The position numbers were made by a program, and so were the translations under genes. A stretch of DNA of 63,868 nt, the filler included, from Octopus bimaculoides (lineage: Eukaryota): NCBI RefSeq assembly GCF_001194135.2. It is 8 parts of 5 records of this genome, joined end to end, with 100 filler letters (N's around TTAATTAATTAA, not from the genome) between each part and the next. Parts side by side here need not be neighbours in the genome. Positions count along the whole stretch, not along the records: positions 10,135 to 39,443 come from NC_068993.1; 7 more parts are not named here. One strand, written 5' to 3'. Shown here piece by piece: positions 25,860 to 39,543 of the stretch. Under the pieces are notes generated by a model. That model was not told the DNA's origin. It worked only from the letters and a program-made list of their open reading frames with translations, and did no database searches. Numbering within the stretch: the stretch's first letter is position 1; every line of letters starts with the position of its first letter.

Positions 25860-26506
25860 CGTGTGTGTGTGTGTGTACATGGACAAGAAGAGACATTTCG
25901 TATGAATATCTCTACAACAATGCTTTCATATCAAAACAATATTTCGACAAGTTGACCTTTTCCGTCAATGGAAACCACTGACAATTTGCTGTGTCTGTCG
26001 CGGCTCCAAACACAAAGCAAAGAACTTGTTGCCTTTGTTAATAATTCTCATAAATATTGTGGAACAAATGAATGAATTATGTTAAACGACATGCTCCATT
26101 CACCGGATTCACAATTGTCGGTCAAATCCGAATGCGATAGTTCAAGTTTGATTGAAAAATATGTAAAAGAAAACAGCTCGTTGTGGACCTTTTCTATTTT
26201 ATGAATGTTGAGTGATTTCAAGATTGTATATTTGTGATATTGTCCTTCTGATTTAATTAAATATAGATTATGTGTTTAGGTCAATGTTTTATTAAATATA
26301 TTGTAGAGTTTGCAAGCAATGGTGTACGTAAAACTGGGTGGGAATTTAAGCTTACCTCCCCTGCGAAGTAAACGTAGCTTTGCTTTGTTTTGGATTCCTC
26401 AGTGCGGCATGGATTGGAAGCAATGGCGTCGAGACACATGGAGTGTCTATGGGATATTTTTTAGTTGGTGGAGCGCATTATTCTCCAGTTCTGGACAGGG
26501 CCTAGT

Positions 26507-26897
26507 GGAGGCGCAATGGCCCAGTAGTTAGGGCAGCGGACTCGCGGTCATAGGATCGCGGTTTCGATTCCCAGACTGGGCGTTGTGAGTGTTTATTGAG
26601 CGAAAACACCTAAAGCTCAACGAGTCTCCGGCAGGGGATGGTGGTGAACCCTGCTCTGCTCTTTCACCGCAACTTTGTCTCACTCTTTGTTCCTGTTTCT
26701 GTTGTACCTGTATATCAAATGGCCAACCTTGTCACACTGTGTCACGCTGAATATCCCCGAGAACTACATTAAGGGTACACGTATCTGTGGAGTGCTCGGC
26801 CACTTGCACGTTAAATTCACGAGCAGGCTGTTCCATTGATCGGATCAACTGGAACCCTCGATGTCGTAAGCGACGGAGTGCCAACAACAACAACAAC
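26507..26897 (+). mobile_element. Full-length tRNA-derived SINE (family D) with (AAC)n tail
   Basis: GGAGGCGCAATGGCCCAGTAGTTAG (A-box) and GGTTTCGATTCCC (B-box), about 390 bp, ending gtgccaacaacaacaacaac. Confidence 0.9.
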
Positions 26898-27934
26898 CTT
26901 ATTCTTATATCGAGGTCTTCAATTTTTAACAAAGGCTTCCTTTCTTCAGACGTAAGTTTAATTTCGATGAAATTTGGCTATTATCTATAGCAGAACAAGC
27001 CACAACGTAGAGGTTAGGTCATTGACTGTCATGTCATATAATAATTTCGAACTTCGTGATCGGTCCAGTCTGTTATTCTAGCGAATCTCCTCCAACCCAA
27101 ATCCCACCTAATCTCAAAATTTCATTTTATGATCATTATTTTACTTAGTCATCATATCACCCCCTACTGGTCATTACAACCCCATACTTAGTCATTAAAA
27201 CCCCCTCCTTAATGTGTCATATATCACTCGACCTGTGCCAAGTTATACTTATCCACACATCCCTGGATATCGGTCTTCTAGCAAATACCTTCAGAATGAA
27301 ACTGCATCACTTTTATATAAGCTTCACATGGAGAGAACATAGATGATTATTGCATGAGATGGTCAGCAAATTCTTTTAATGTCATTTAGCGGTTATTGTC
27401 ATTATTATATTGCAATAACTGGGCTTGACCATTGTGTCACATGGCTATTACGTAATTTAATCATTAAATCGTTATATCATTACCGCACTTGACTGTTACT
27501 CCCAACAGACGCGGAACCAATTATATATTGCATTATTACAAAGTGATTACGAAATTTGACCGTTGCGATAATTCCCTATTAGTGATTGTTAGTTATTGCA
27601 CATGCGGCCATTGTGTGTCACGTGATAAATTTCGAGAGTTACAAAACGCAGAACATAGAGATCAAAATCTTATAAGATGCAAGAATACATGAATACAACC
27701 GCAGGCGGCCTGATTCGGTTAATGGGATAAAAGACAGAATCTGAAGAGATCGGGTTAGGGTGTCTTCGTCTGAGACTGTTTCAGTGTCTGCTTCGGCAAA
27801 AATAAATAAAAAACAGAGATATTGGAATGTAGATTAGGTTTAATTAATAAGAGTGGATCTAAGTCTAGTGTTCCGACTTCTTCACAACCTTTTCTTCTAC
27901 ATTCCACATCCTCCCAATATCAATCACACATTAA

Positions 27935-28158
27935 AGGTGGCAAATTGGCAGAATGGCTAGAAAGAATCCTTAGCAGAAAGAATCCTTAGCAGCATTTTGT
28001 CCGTTTTCACGTTCTGAGTTCAAATTCCGCCGAGGTCGACTTTACCTTTCATTCTTTCAAAGCTCGATGAAACAAGTACCAATGGCAGATTGAAGTCAAT
28101 GTAATCGGTTTAACTTTCTACCCCGAAATTACTAGCCGTGTACCAAAATTTGGAACCA
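27935..28158 (+). mobile_element. SINE family A with a 16-bp internal tandem duplication
   Basis: aggtggcaaattggcagaa..(agaaagaatccttagc)x2..gttctgagttcaaattccgccgaggtcgacttt. Confidence 0.85.
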
Positions 28159-28194
28159 CTGTCTGTCACACCTCTCCTCCTTGGTCGTTGCTTT

Positions 28195-28240
28195 CCTCTA
28201 CGTTTCGGCTGTTGCACACTCCAACCTTTTTCATCTCACA
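28195..28240 (-). mobile_element. Decayed Penelope-type hammerhead-like repeat
   Basis: Minus strand GGTTG-gagtgtgcaa-CAGCC-GAAACGTA, homologous to 3113-3140; the CUGA core is mutated. Confidence 0.4.
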
Positions 28241-28609
28241 CCGAACTATATAGTTTACTAGAAGCCATCACAATATTCCCCCTACACATCTATATTAATA
28301 TTCAAAACAAAGATATACTGAATCGACAAAAATAAAAATGGAATAGAAAAGACAAAAAAACAATGAATAAACTATTTAACAAACAAATATTTGAAAATAA
28401 CGACCATATTTCTGTTGTTAAAAAACGTAATTTGTGAGAGCTACCTAGCCAGAAATTAATCGTTAATACGTTAAAATGAAAATACCAAACATAGTTTTGT
28501 CGCTGTACAACAATATCGTGACGACAACACCAACAACATTAAATGAATCAGCCAATTACGATATGTAAAATAAATGTAAACTAAAACAACTAAAATAACG
28601 GCAATTGAA

Positions 28610-28642
28610 ATAATAATAACAATAATAATAATAATAATAATG

Positions 28643-28682
<40 letters not shown>

Positions 28683-28735
28683 TAATAAGAAGACAAAGAG
28701 CAAAAAAGTAACAACAACAATAATAATGATAATTG
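28610..28735. repeat. (TAA)n/(CAA)n microsatellite
   Basis: Trinucleotide run. Confidence 0.9.
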
Positions 28736-29291
28736 ATATAAAAAAGTACAATTCATTTAAAATCGAAATGGCGTTGTGTGTGTATTTTAATGTACGTATG
28801 AATACATCTATGTTGATAGATGTGTATGTAACGTATGCATGCATGTATGCGGATGCATGTGTGAAATATATATATAGATAAATATATATAAATATATACG
28901 TATGTATATATGTATATNNNNNNNNNNNNNNNNNNNNNNNNNNNNNNNNNNNNNNNNNNNNNNNNNNNNNNNNNNNNNNNNNNNNNNNNNNNNNNNNNNN
29001 NNNNNNNNNNNNNNNNNNNNNNNNNNNNNNNNNNNNNNNNNNNNNNNNNNNNNNNNNNNNNNNNNNNNNNNNNNNNNNNNNNNNNNNNNNNNNNNNNNNN
29101 NNNNNNNNNNNNNNNNNNNNNNNNNNNNNNNNNNNNNNNNNNNNNNNNNNNNNNNNNNNNNNNNNNNATATGCGTGTATCTACATGTATGTACGTGTGCC
29201 TCTATGACCGCATTTCTATACGTACATACATACATGTATATATATATGCATATATATAAATACATACACACACATATATATATGCATGCAT

Positions 29292-29328
<37 letters not shown>

Positions 29329-30204
29329 TATGCATGCACGCATGTACGTATGCTTGTTCGTTTGCGATATTCGCTTCTTAAATTCCATACGCCGTACGAA
29401 GTATGAATGTCGAACAAAACACAAGTAAAATTAACAAAGCCTGAGAGATTGATGATTAGAAAACACAAACAGAGGGATTTTTATCTCACTGTCGAAATGT
29501 CAGCTGAGAAATCCGATCAGCCTAGCTTGAAGGTTAAATCGTTGCACTTGGAAACGTTGTTATTGGATTAAACCAAATGATAAACGGCAAGTTTACTGGA
29601 TTTGTTCGGAGTAGCTTGTAATATATTACCGCCAATTCTCGTTCGAATAAAGAAGGTTGGTGGGATGGGAGATTATCAGAATATGGGGGTAAATAATAAA
29701 ATATTTATAAACAAAAAATATTTGAAAATTAAAGCAGCGAAAATTATGAAAGCTATTAAGATTATAGTTTGTTGTAGATTAAAATTTTATTACATATGAA
29801 ATTGAAATATAATATAACGCTAAGCGGGAACATCTTTATTGATACTCATATAATATAGTATAATATAATACATATATATGTATATGTATATATAAAAGAG
29901 ACCACTAAGTGGACTATTAATGTGCTAGAAGAAGATCACTGAAAAATTCTCAAAGAAAAAATTGCTGTCGTGTTTAATTGCATTGCAATCTCTTACGAGA
30001 CTACTGGGACAGTTAATATGTCTCTTGTCCCATATTTTCGTTATTACAAATTTTCTAGTCATTGTATTTGTTTAAGAGGAAATTTTACATTATTTTAATT
30101 ATGTATATGTATATATAGATTAGATGATATCCTTTCGAACGCAGAATTGCCGTTAGAACAACAGAAATACTGGGTGAATTACCCTTAAAAAGTGAAAAAA
30201 ACAT

Positions 30205-30290
30205 TTGTTAACATCCAACCATAGGACTCTAATCCATATCCCCCAAAGACTCCAGCAGAATGCTTTACCATTAAGCTAAACTGCCTGCTG
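30205..30290 (-). mobile_element. Degenerate tRNA-derived head
   Basis: Minus strand has A-box-like TAGCTTAATGGTAAAGC and a degenerate B-box. Confidence 0.35.
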
Positions 30291-30469
30291 ACAAATTCGT
30301 CCGCGATTTTAGAAATAGCTAATTGTACAACTACGTGTATAAATATAAACAAGCTAGCATTTCTTTATATAAGCATCGAAATGTGTATTGAACTATACAA
30401 ATTAGATGATATTTCTGCTGTTCTAAGTGGCATTCTGCGTTCGAAAAATATCATCTAATTTCTCTCGTT

Positions 30470-30610
30470 CTGATAGAATAAATGTACTGATAGAATAAGT
30501 ACTAGGCTTACAAAGAATAAATCCATGGGTCGATTTGCTCGACTAAAGGCGGTGCTCCAACCTGGCCGCAGTCAAATGACTGAAACAAATAAAAGAATAA
30601 AAGAATAGTC
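30470..30610 (+). mobile_element. SINE family B 3' tail
   Basis: gatagaataagtactaggcttacaaagaata..gggtcgatttgctcgactaaaggcggtgctcca..ggccgcagtcaaatgactgaaacaa. Confidence 0.8.
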
Positions 30611-31824
30611 ATGGCGATATATAGTGCGTGACAATATCTTCTGTTGAAGCTTCTCAATTGAAACGTGACGGTAGGACCTGTAAGACGTGTATGTAACTAG
30701 AGATAAATGGCAAGCGAGAAAGAAACATTTGATAGTTATATTCTTCCTACAGTGGTTAACTATACTTCCCGTCAAAAATGTCCGCTTCACTTGGTTAATG
30801 TAAGATAGCAAGGCATCTCTTTTTTTTTTTGCGTGTACTTCTTTGTGGATGCGTGTGTGTGTGTGATGGAGAGTAATTTAGCGTAAGCGACAAGATATTC
30901 GAATAGAAATAGTTTTTACGTAAATTATTTTAGAGTATTTTGCTTACGATATCGGGATTTTGGTGGATGTTGTTAACTTCATCAAGGAGTATCGATTTAG
31001 TGTAGAAAGTGAATCAGATGCGAGCCATTCAAATATTGTGGCTAGTTTGTTGAATATTCAAAGCACTGAGACATAGGACAGATAAATATATGTATACATG
31101 CATGTATGCATACATAAATATATACAAGAACGCGCATGCATATCATATCACCAAGCACACTGGCTCCCAGTTACGTTATCTGGTCTCTTGTACGTATGAA
31201 ACTTCTTTCTTTCACCTTCACTCCAGTCGTTCCCGTAGTCGTTCATTTTAAAAATTACCTGAAATTTATCTAATTTTTACGAATTTTTTTGCACGAAAAA
31301 CAAGACCGTAAGAAAGAATATAACATTTCTGCTAAAATCACTCGCACTTTTAACAATTTCTTCTAATTCCATATTAACTCTTATCTTTAGAATTTCAAAC
31401 GACAACGATCCAATGTGTTTTACATTTAAGACAAGTGAATTTGGAGTTAAATAAATTCATTTGAAATCCGGTGATGAGGGTTTCATTCGCTAGTGCAACG
31501 TTTTTTATGATTTACCGATGGCTTCCAGAAAATTTCAGAAACAACCTATGCATATAATCATTTCATTTAGAAGATGAGAACGGGATGGTCTTAAAGCATT
31601 AATGGATTTAGTAGCGGTATTGCTACGGAGACAATGAAATAATAGATACAAAAATCACTTATGAAAGATAATCTGGAATAAAGAAATGTCATACAGACAG
31701 GCACACATACAAAGATACATTCACGCATATACATACATACATGCATACACATACATACACATACATACATGCATACACATACATACATACACATGCATAC
31801 ACATGCATACACATACATACATAC

Positions 31825-31855
<31 letters not shown>

Positions 31856-32865
31856 TATAAAATATATATATATAGCTGTATATATGAATGCGTGATTACA
31901 CATCTGTATATGTATGCACGCTTACTGGGATCGTGTCTATNNNNNNNNNNNNNNNNNNNNNNNNNNNNNNNNNNNNNNNNNNNNNNNNNNNNNNNNNNNN
32001 NNNNNNNNNNNNNNNNNNNNNNNNNNNNNNNNNNNNNNNNNNNNNNNNNNNNNNNNNNNNNNNNNNNNNNNNNNNNNNNNNNNNNNNNNNNNNNNNNNNN
32101 NNNNNNNNNNNNNNNNNNNNNNNNNNNNNNNNNNNNNNNNNNNNNNNNNNNNNNNNNNNNNNNNNNNNNNNNNNNNNNNNNNNNNNNNNNNNNNNNNNNN
32201 NNNNNNNNNNTCTCTCAATAACACTACTTCTGTCTCTCTCCAATATTAACAGACTCTCTCACACACACACACACACACACGCAGATGGTCTTATATCTTC
32301 ATATATATACTTCTGTACATTTGTCAGTGTATGTAGTAATGAAGTAAATCTATAACCATGGCCTGTCTCTTCTGAGGTGTCTTAATTGGAAAAGCTAATA
32401 AGTACTTGTCAGTCGATTCTTCAAGTCCAGTAGACGGAGCCATGTTTCTACCTATCACTGGATGATCGATAGACTGCTTGGTTAACAACAAACATCCCGG
32501 ATGTAATACATACACTGACGCACGTTCATATACACATCTCTACACATACGTGCGAATACACGTATTTATATATCCGTATGTGTAGCTGTTTATTTGTATA
32601 TTCGTGGATACATCAACGTGTATGCACATAAGTACGCATGAATATGTAGAGGACGGTTTATGTCCAATAATTTACACTAAGATACACACAGATACACAGA
32701 CATGGAGTTATTTTATGTTTTACTTTAAACTTGGTGTACAAATTCACAAAGATATGTATGCGTGAACGCATATATATGCATCACATGTATATGAGTATAT
32801 ATGTGTATACGAATATATATATATACACTTTCTCACATGTATATCTATATCTACCTGCCTGTCTT

Positions 32866-32905
<40 letters not shown>

Positions 32906-33528
32906 NNNNNNNNNNNNNNNNNNNNNNNNNNNNNNNNNNNNNNNNNNNNNNNNNNNNNNNNNNNNNNNNNNNNNNNNNNNNNNNNNNNNNNNNNNNNNNN
33001 NNNNNNNNNNNNNNNNNNNNNNNNNNNNNNNNNNNNNNNNNNNNNNNNNNNNNNNNNNNNNNNNNNNNNNNNNNNNNNNNNNNNNNNNNNNNNNNNNNNN
33101 NNNNNNNNNNNNNNNNNNNNNNNNNNNNNNNNNNNNNNNNNNNNNNNNNNNNNNNNNNNNNNNNNNNNNNNNNNNNNNNNNNNNNNNNNNNNNNNNNNNN
33201 NNNNNNNNNNNNNNNNNNNNNNNNNNNNNNNNNNNNNNNNNNNNNNNNNNNNNNNNNNNNNNNNNNNNNNNNNNNNNNNNNNNNNNNNNNNNNNNNNNNN
33301 NNNNNNNNNNNNNNNNNNNNNNNNNNNNNNNNNNNNNNNNNNNNNNNNNNNNNNNNNNNNNNNNNNNNNNNNNNNNNNNNNNNNNNNNNNNNNNNNNNNN
33401 NNNNNNNNNNNNNNNNNNNNNNNNNNNNNNNNNNNNNNNNNNNNNNNNNNNNNNNNNNNNNNNNNNNNNNNNNNNNNNNNNNNNNNNNNNNNNNNNNNNN
33501 NNNNNNNNNNNNNNNNNNNNNNNNNNNN

Positions 33529-33559
<31 letters not shown>

Positions 33560-34065
33560 TAGATAGATAGATAGATAAACAGATAGATAAATAGATAGAA
33601 AGAGAGAGAAAGAGAAGGAGAGAGAGATGGAATTGTATGCGCAAGTGTAAGTAAGAGAAAGAGTAGAGTGTACATTGTCTTAAACCTATGGCGATATAAC
33701 TTATTGGACTCCTGCTGCGCAAGGATGTGTAGTAGCGAGTTTTGCCAGGAAAGATACTGCTTTAGCTATGAGAGTCGTGACAAAGAGAGAAGACTGTTCA
33801 TCTAATACTACATGATGAAACACTTTTGAGCGAATATTTGCCAAACCGTCCAATGACGTCTTTAATAATTATCGATTGAACTGAACATTTTACCTACGTG
33901 ATCATATTTTCTATCGACAAGCATATTTATCCATATTAAGGGGTTGAAAGTAAACGAGAGAGATGCAGACACTTGTGGTCCAAAATCATGAGTCCCTATT
34001 ATTTACACAATCCGAAATCATTTTTTGACCAACTAAGAGATCACTCTATAAATAAAGGAAGGTTT

Positions 34066-34253
34066 TGTGTCGACGCCCCCAAGCGAAGAAGTAGGATCGC
34101 CCAAGACATATAAATAGAGGTAGTCTAGCCGTAGTATAGGGTTGAGTGACAGTTGAGTAGCTCTTGGGTAGCAGTCGAGTAGAGATCATCCGAAGGTGTT
34201 AGATAGCAGTAGCTTGAGACATAACAGAAAGAATCAAACACGCCGAGTACACA
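34066..34253 (+). mobile_element. Possible short solo LTR
   Basis: TGTGT..ACACA inverted termini and an internal TATAAATA; flanks gttt/tttt are only a near-match target-site duplication. Confidence 0.25.
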
Positions 34254-34531
34254 TTTTAGTTTTTAATGATAGTTAATTTTCCCTGCGTCTTGAAATATGT
34301 CACCACGATAGTTTGTAGGTAAATGTCGGAAAGCCAGTTCCTTCCACCAAAAATAAATATTAAGAACAAATGTATTAAATTCTCTAATAGTACACTTTAA
34401 AATTTGCAAAGTTAGCGATCTGAATCTATTGAAATATTTGATTTCGTTTGTTTTCTTGTGTATTTCATTTTATACGCCGGATCCCTTATTTCTGTCTGTT
34501 TCTGTCTGTTTCCGTCTTTTTCTGTCTCCCT

Positions 34532-34534
<3 letters not shown>

Positions 34535-34610
<76 letters not shown>
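34535..34610. repeat. (CT)n microsatellite
   Basis: Perfect run. Confidence 0.95.
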
Positions 34611-34620
<10 letters not shown>

Positions 34621-35699
34621 AGTATTTTAATTTTTTGGCCCCGTACAATGAAGATAAATTGACTTCTATGTATGGTTCCAAGAATGAATGTAAAGCGAAC
34701 AAAGAAAGAATAAAACAAGCTATGATAAGTGACTATTCAAAGACATCACTTGACAGTTAGAATGCTTGATAGAAAGTGAGGAATAAAAAATACATTTTAA
34801 ACATTACAGAAAAAAAAAATTAAGCCAATAAAATAAAAGTACAAAAATAAAACGTCTACTTTAAGAAAACTAAGCTTTTTTGTGAAAAATAAAATCGGAA
34901 AGACAAAAATAAAACCAAGTATAATCAAACAAACAACAAACAAGCGTAGCCATAAACCACCATTGAGCTGTTTCGTTGTTCCCTCCATTTTATTTTACTT
35001 TAATTTATTTTCAACAAATTTGCAGCAATTGTCATTAAAATTTTCTTTTGATTTCCCCAAGGATTTATTTGTCTTTAATAAATGCTTTATAATAGAAAAA
35101 AATTCATAAAAATGAAGTGAGAAATATAATAAATGAACTAAAGAAAGAAAGAAAGAAAGAAAGAAAAATGTGAGGAAAAAATATTACTATTTTTTGGTTT
35201 TGTTTCTATAATTATCTGAAATTTATGGAGGCAGAAAGATAATTAATAATTTCGAGTCCAGCTTTGACCAATAATTTCGGAATTTGTAGCTTAAGAGAAA
35301 TGCAGAGAAATACAGGAAATAATGCTTGAAAAAAGAAAACGGTAAAAATAAAGAATCCGTTAAAATAATGAAATAGAAAATGAAGAAACAACCTATCACA
35401 GCTCGAAAAACAACGATTGAAAGAAATAACACCCAGAAAAATAAGCAACAACAAGCAAAAGAAGAAAAAAATTGATAAAAACAACAGAAAAAATATAAAA
35501 TGAATTATCACAAAACCGGTTAAGAAAATTGTCGTGAGTTTTTAAAAATGTTTCTAAAAGTGTTTTTTAAAAGCGTTTGTGTTATAGTTTTTCATTTCTT
35601 CGTTCTAAAGTATGTCATATCGATTGTTTCTTATTGTTGTCTCGTAGGAATTATTTTTTCCTAATCAATTTGATTATGATAGAGAAAAAAACAACAACA

Positions 35700-35835
35700 C
35701 AAAACCACATTTTTATAACAACAATAACAACAACAACAATAATAATTACAATAATAATAAAATTACAACTAATATAGCAATAATTATTATAATAATAAAA
35801 TTACAACTAATATAGCAATAATTATAACAACAATG

Positions 35836-35902
<67 letters not shown>

Positions 35903-36003
35903 TGATGATGATAATAAATTATTATTACTATTATTATTATTGTTATTATTATATTTATTATTGTTATTGTTATTATTATAATTATTATTGTTATTATTAT
36001 TAA

Positions 36004-36090
<87 letters not shown>

Positions 36091-36110
36091 CATCATCATC
36101 ATCATTATTA
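35700..36110. repeat. Convergent (AAT)n/(ATT)n AT-rich quasi-palindrome
   Basis: AAT repeats run to about 35915, then TTA repeats to about 36090. Confidence 0.9.
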
Positions 36111-36771
36111 TACATTTTATTCAAATTTATCCTTTGCTGTCAATGAAAAGTATACGTAAACTCTCTGTTATTAAAAAAGATTGAGAAGGAACATACGAGA
36201 AATAATGACAAACACAAAAAGAAAACGAAAAAAACAAACAAACAACAACGGAACAATTACAAAAGAAAACAAAAACAAAAATGAAAAAAAGGGTTTATAA
36301 AGATGTTTTTGCCACTCATAGGAACAAATAAAAAATATTAAAAAAAAATTTTTTCATTTAAATAGAAATATATATTCGTGTATTTCTTGTTGATTTAAAA
36401 AAAATTTATTCAAAAATTTATTCGCTAAATTTTCTTCGCTAGTTATATGATGGTCGCTGTTGTTTCTCTTGTTGCTGCTGCTGCTGTTGTTGTTGTTGTG
36501 ATATCGAGGAATCTTGTTGTTGTTATTGATATTGTGGCATTATTATGTAAAAATAAATTGTTATTCTATTATTGCCATTCATATAATAATTACGATCATT
36601 ATTGTTATTAATCGTAATTTAAAAAAAAAAATTTATTGACTTTTGAAGCATTGTTGATATTGATGTGGTTGTTATTGTTGCATTTATCATCATCATCATC
36701 ACCATCGTCATCATCATCATCATCACCATCATCATTATCATCATCATCATCATCATTATTGTCATTAACAT

Positions 36772-36805
<34 letters not shown>

Positions 36806-37344
36806 NNNNNNNNNNNNNNNNNNNNNNNNNNNNNNNNNNNNNNNNNNNNNNNNNNNNNNNNNNNNNNNNNNNNNNNNNNNNNNNNNNNNNNNNNNNNNNN
36901 NNNNNNNNNNNNNNNNNNNNNNNNNNNNNNNNNNNNNNNNNNNNNNNNNNNNNNNNNNNNNNNNNNNNNNNNNNNNNNNNNNNNNNNNNNNNNNNNNNNN
37001 NNNNNNNNNNNNNNNNNNNNNNNNNNNNNNNNNNNNNNNNNNNNNNNNNNNNNNNNNNNNNNNNNNNNNNNNNNNNNNNNNNNNNNNNNNNNNNNNNNNN
37101 NNNNNNNNNNNNNNNNNNNNNNNNNNNNNNNNNNNNNNNNNNNNNNNNNNNNNNNNNNNNNNNNNNNNNNNNNNNNNNNNNNNNNNNNNNNNNNNNNNNN
37201 NNNNNNNNNNNNNNNNNNNNTCTTCATAATTCCTTATTAATTCTTTTGCAGTTGGCAAGGAAGTATCACGGGAATAATTTTACAACTGACAACATCACCA
37301 TCGCCAGATATAAAATGCTTATGGACGCCACACACGATTGTCTT

Positions 37345-37565
37345 CATTCGTTTATTTTTTCTTCTGTATTAGTCTTTGTTGACTTATATTCGTTTATTCG
37401 CTTATTTGTTTCAATCATTTGACTGCGGCCATGCTGGAGCATCGCCTTTAGTCGAACAAATCGACCCCACGACTTACTCATTGTAAGCCTAGTCTCTTTT
37501 GCCGAACCGTCTAGGTTACGGGGACGTAAACACACCAGCATCGGTTGTCAAGCGATGGTGGGGGG
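37345..37565 (-). mobile_element. SINE family B 3' half
   Basis: tttcaatcatttgactgcggccatgctggagcatcgcctttagtcgaacaaatcgacccc..catcggttgtcaagcgatggtggggg is the reverse complement of the family B tail. Confidence 0.85.
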
Positions 37566-38481
37566 ATGAATTGAATATTCTCACATAATCTCTTGTCATC
37601 TCAAATACAAATGATGAGTTTCTGAAGACAACTGTAGTAAAACAGGATATGAATGACGTAGCAGAAAAGCAAATGCATTGCAAATAAGGAACCACCCATT
37701 AAATAAGGAATAAAGAAACAAAGGATTGAAATTAAACACGATACTGTTCTGCAAAATGGTTATAATCACAAACAGGACGACAGAGAGAGAAGGGCGACCG
37801 AATTAAGATAAGATTAAAAGAGTTTTAAAAAAACGGTTTCAGAAAAACAACCGATGATAACCGCGAATGCTCGTTTATTTCGGAATAGAATTCTGTGGGT
37901 GTTCATGTCTTAAAACGCTCGTAAAACTAACGATATTGTGCGTGGTTTCAACAATACTATTTATGGACCGAACATAGACTTGGAAAATGTTTTGCTGATA
38001 TTTTTCTTAATTGCAGACAGAATTTCACACATTGCTCTTCAAAGTCAATTTTTGTTCAAATGCTACGTATATATATATATATATATATATGAAGAATATG
38101 GGGGGGGGGTTAGTTTAGTGGTGATCTAAACGAATAGGTACGCTGTGTATGTGCTATCACTGGTCATCCATTAGGTTCCAAGTTCCCAGCTGAGGCTGGA
38201 GCTACGGATCCATATTAGGTTTTCCTGTTAGCAGATATATATTAGAGGAAAAAAGAGAACAAAACCAAAACAGGACGAGTGTCTCAAGTCATTTAGAATA
38301 TTCAATTATACATATATGCATGTACTTAATTAAATATTCTAAATGACTTGGGACACTCGTCCTGCCACGGTTTTGTTATCTTTTTTCTCTAAGATATATA
38401 TGTATGTGTGTGTGTGTGTTTGAGTGTGTGTATGTGTGTGTGTGTGTGTATGTGTGTGTGTGTATGTGTGTGTGTGTATGT

Positions 38482-38685
38482 GAGGAAGCATGGCCGAATG
38501 GTTAGGGTGTTGCACTAAGGCTCGCAAGATCGTTCTTTTAAATCGGGTGGTGCGTTGAGGTTCTTGAGCAAAGCACATCAACTCAAGTTGCTCTGTAGAC
38601 CCCTTGACAGCTGGCTTTTGGTACAACGTTCACCTGATCAGGCAACGTTGATCTGATGGCAGGAATAAGCTAATGTACAGCATAT
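38482..38685 (+). mobile_element. tRNA-derived SINE (family C head, distinct tail)
   Basis: A-box TGGCCGAATGGTTAG and central cttgagcaaagcac..ttgctctg..cagctgg. Confidence 0.65.
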
Positions 38686-39109
38686 ACGTTTCACCATTAT
38701 CGACAAATCATTTGTGCTTGTTGTCCAGCCAGAAACTGCGTAGGCGTCTTTCTTGGACAACGCGAGATTACCATCATGTAGAGTACAGGCGATTAAACCC
38801 AGGAGAATCGCAGCGAACATGCTATGCTATGCATTGGACTATGTTAGAAACGGTTATCATGTCTGAAATATAGCAAGACTAAGTACCAAAGTATCGTTGC
38901 GAAACGAAATTCTTCACTGCACTCCAAGTTCATTAGATGCCTCATACCAAAAGAAGCGGTTAACGAAATTACGTGAATCTTATCATAAAATCGATCTATA
39001 AAATATAAAGTTATTGAAAATCGAAAGGTTTTGAGGGAAAATTGTGTCGCATCAAAAATATATTGTCGGATTGAGTTCCAAACTTTACACACATCTATAT
39101 CTATTCCTG

Positions 39110-39150
<41 letters not shown>

Positions 39151-39406
39151 TTATGTTTATCTACCTATCACTCTGGCAAAATTTCTCTCTCTCCCTCTCC
39201 TTCTCTTTCCATATATATATATACATGCGTGAGTGCGTGGGTATGTATATATACTATATCATATTTTTACATACATAAATATCTACAGATATATACATAC
39301 ATAGACACACATGCACATACACACATACACACTCGCAAGCACACATATATGGGTGCATGCTATATAAACCTATATATTTATTTTACATATATAGATAAAT
39401 GTATAT

Positions 39407-39443
<37 letters not shown>

Positions 39444-39543
39444 NNNNNNNNNNNNNNNNNNNNNNNNNNNNNNNNNNNNNNNNNNNNTTAATTAATTAAN
39501 NNNNNNNNNNNNNNNNNNNNNNNNNNNNNNNNNNNNNNNNNNN
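39444..39543. other. Assembly spacer N44-TTAATTAATTAA-N44
   Basis: Same 100-bp structure. Confidence 0.95.

Noticed and set aside
26290-26500. Possible minus-strand exon with an ankyrin-like PIHAAL and donor GAG|GTAAGC
   Set aside because: In-frame stops upstream and no good acceptor.
26507-26585. Functional tRNA gene
   Set aside because: No closed acceptor stem, and it continues into a SINE body and tail.
30930-31080. 48-codon open frame EYFAYDIGILVD..
   Set aside because: Within the length expected by chance; unrecognisable and weak acceptor.
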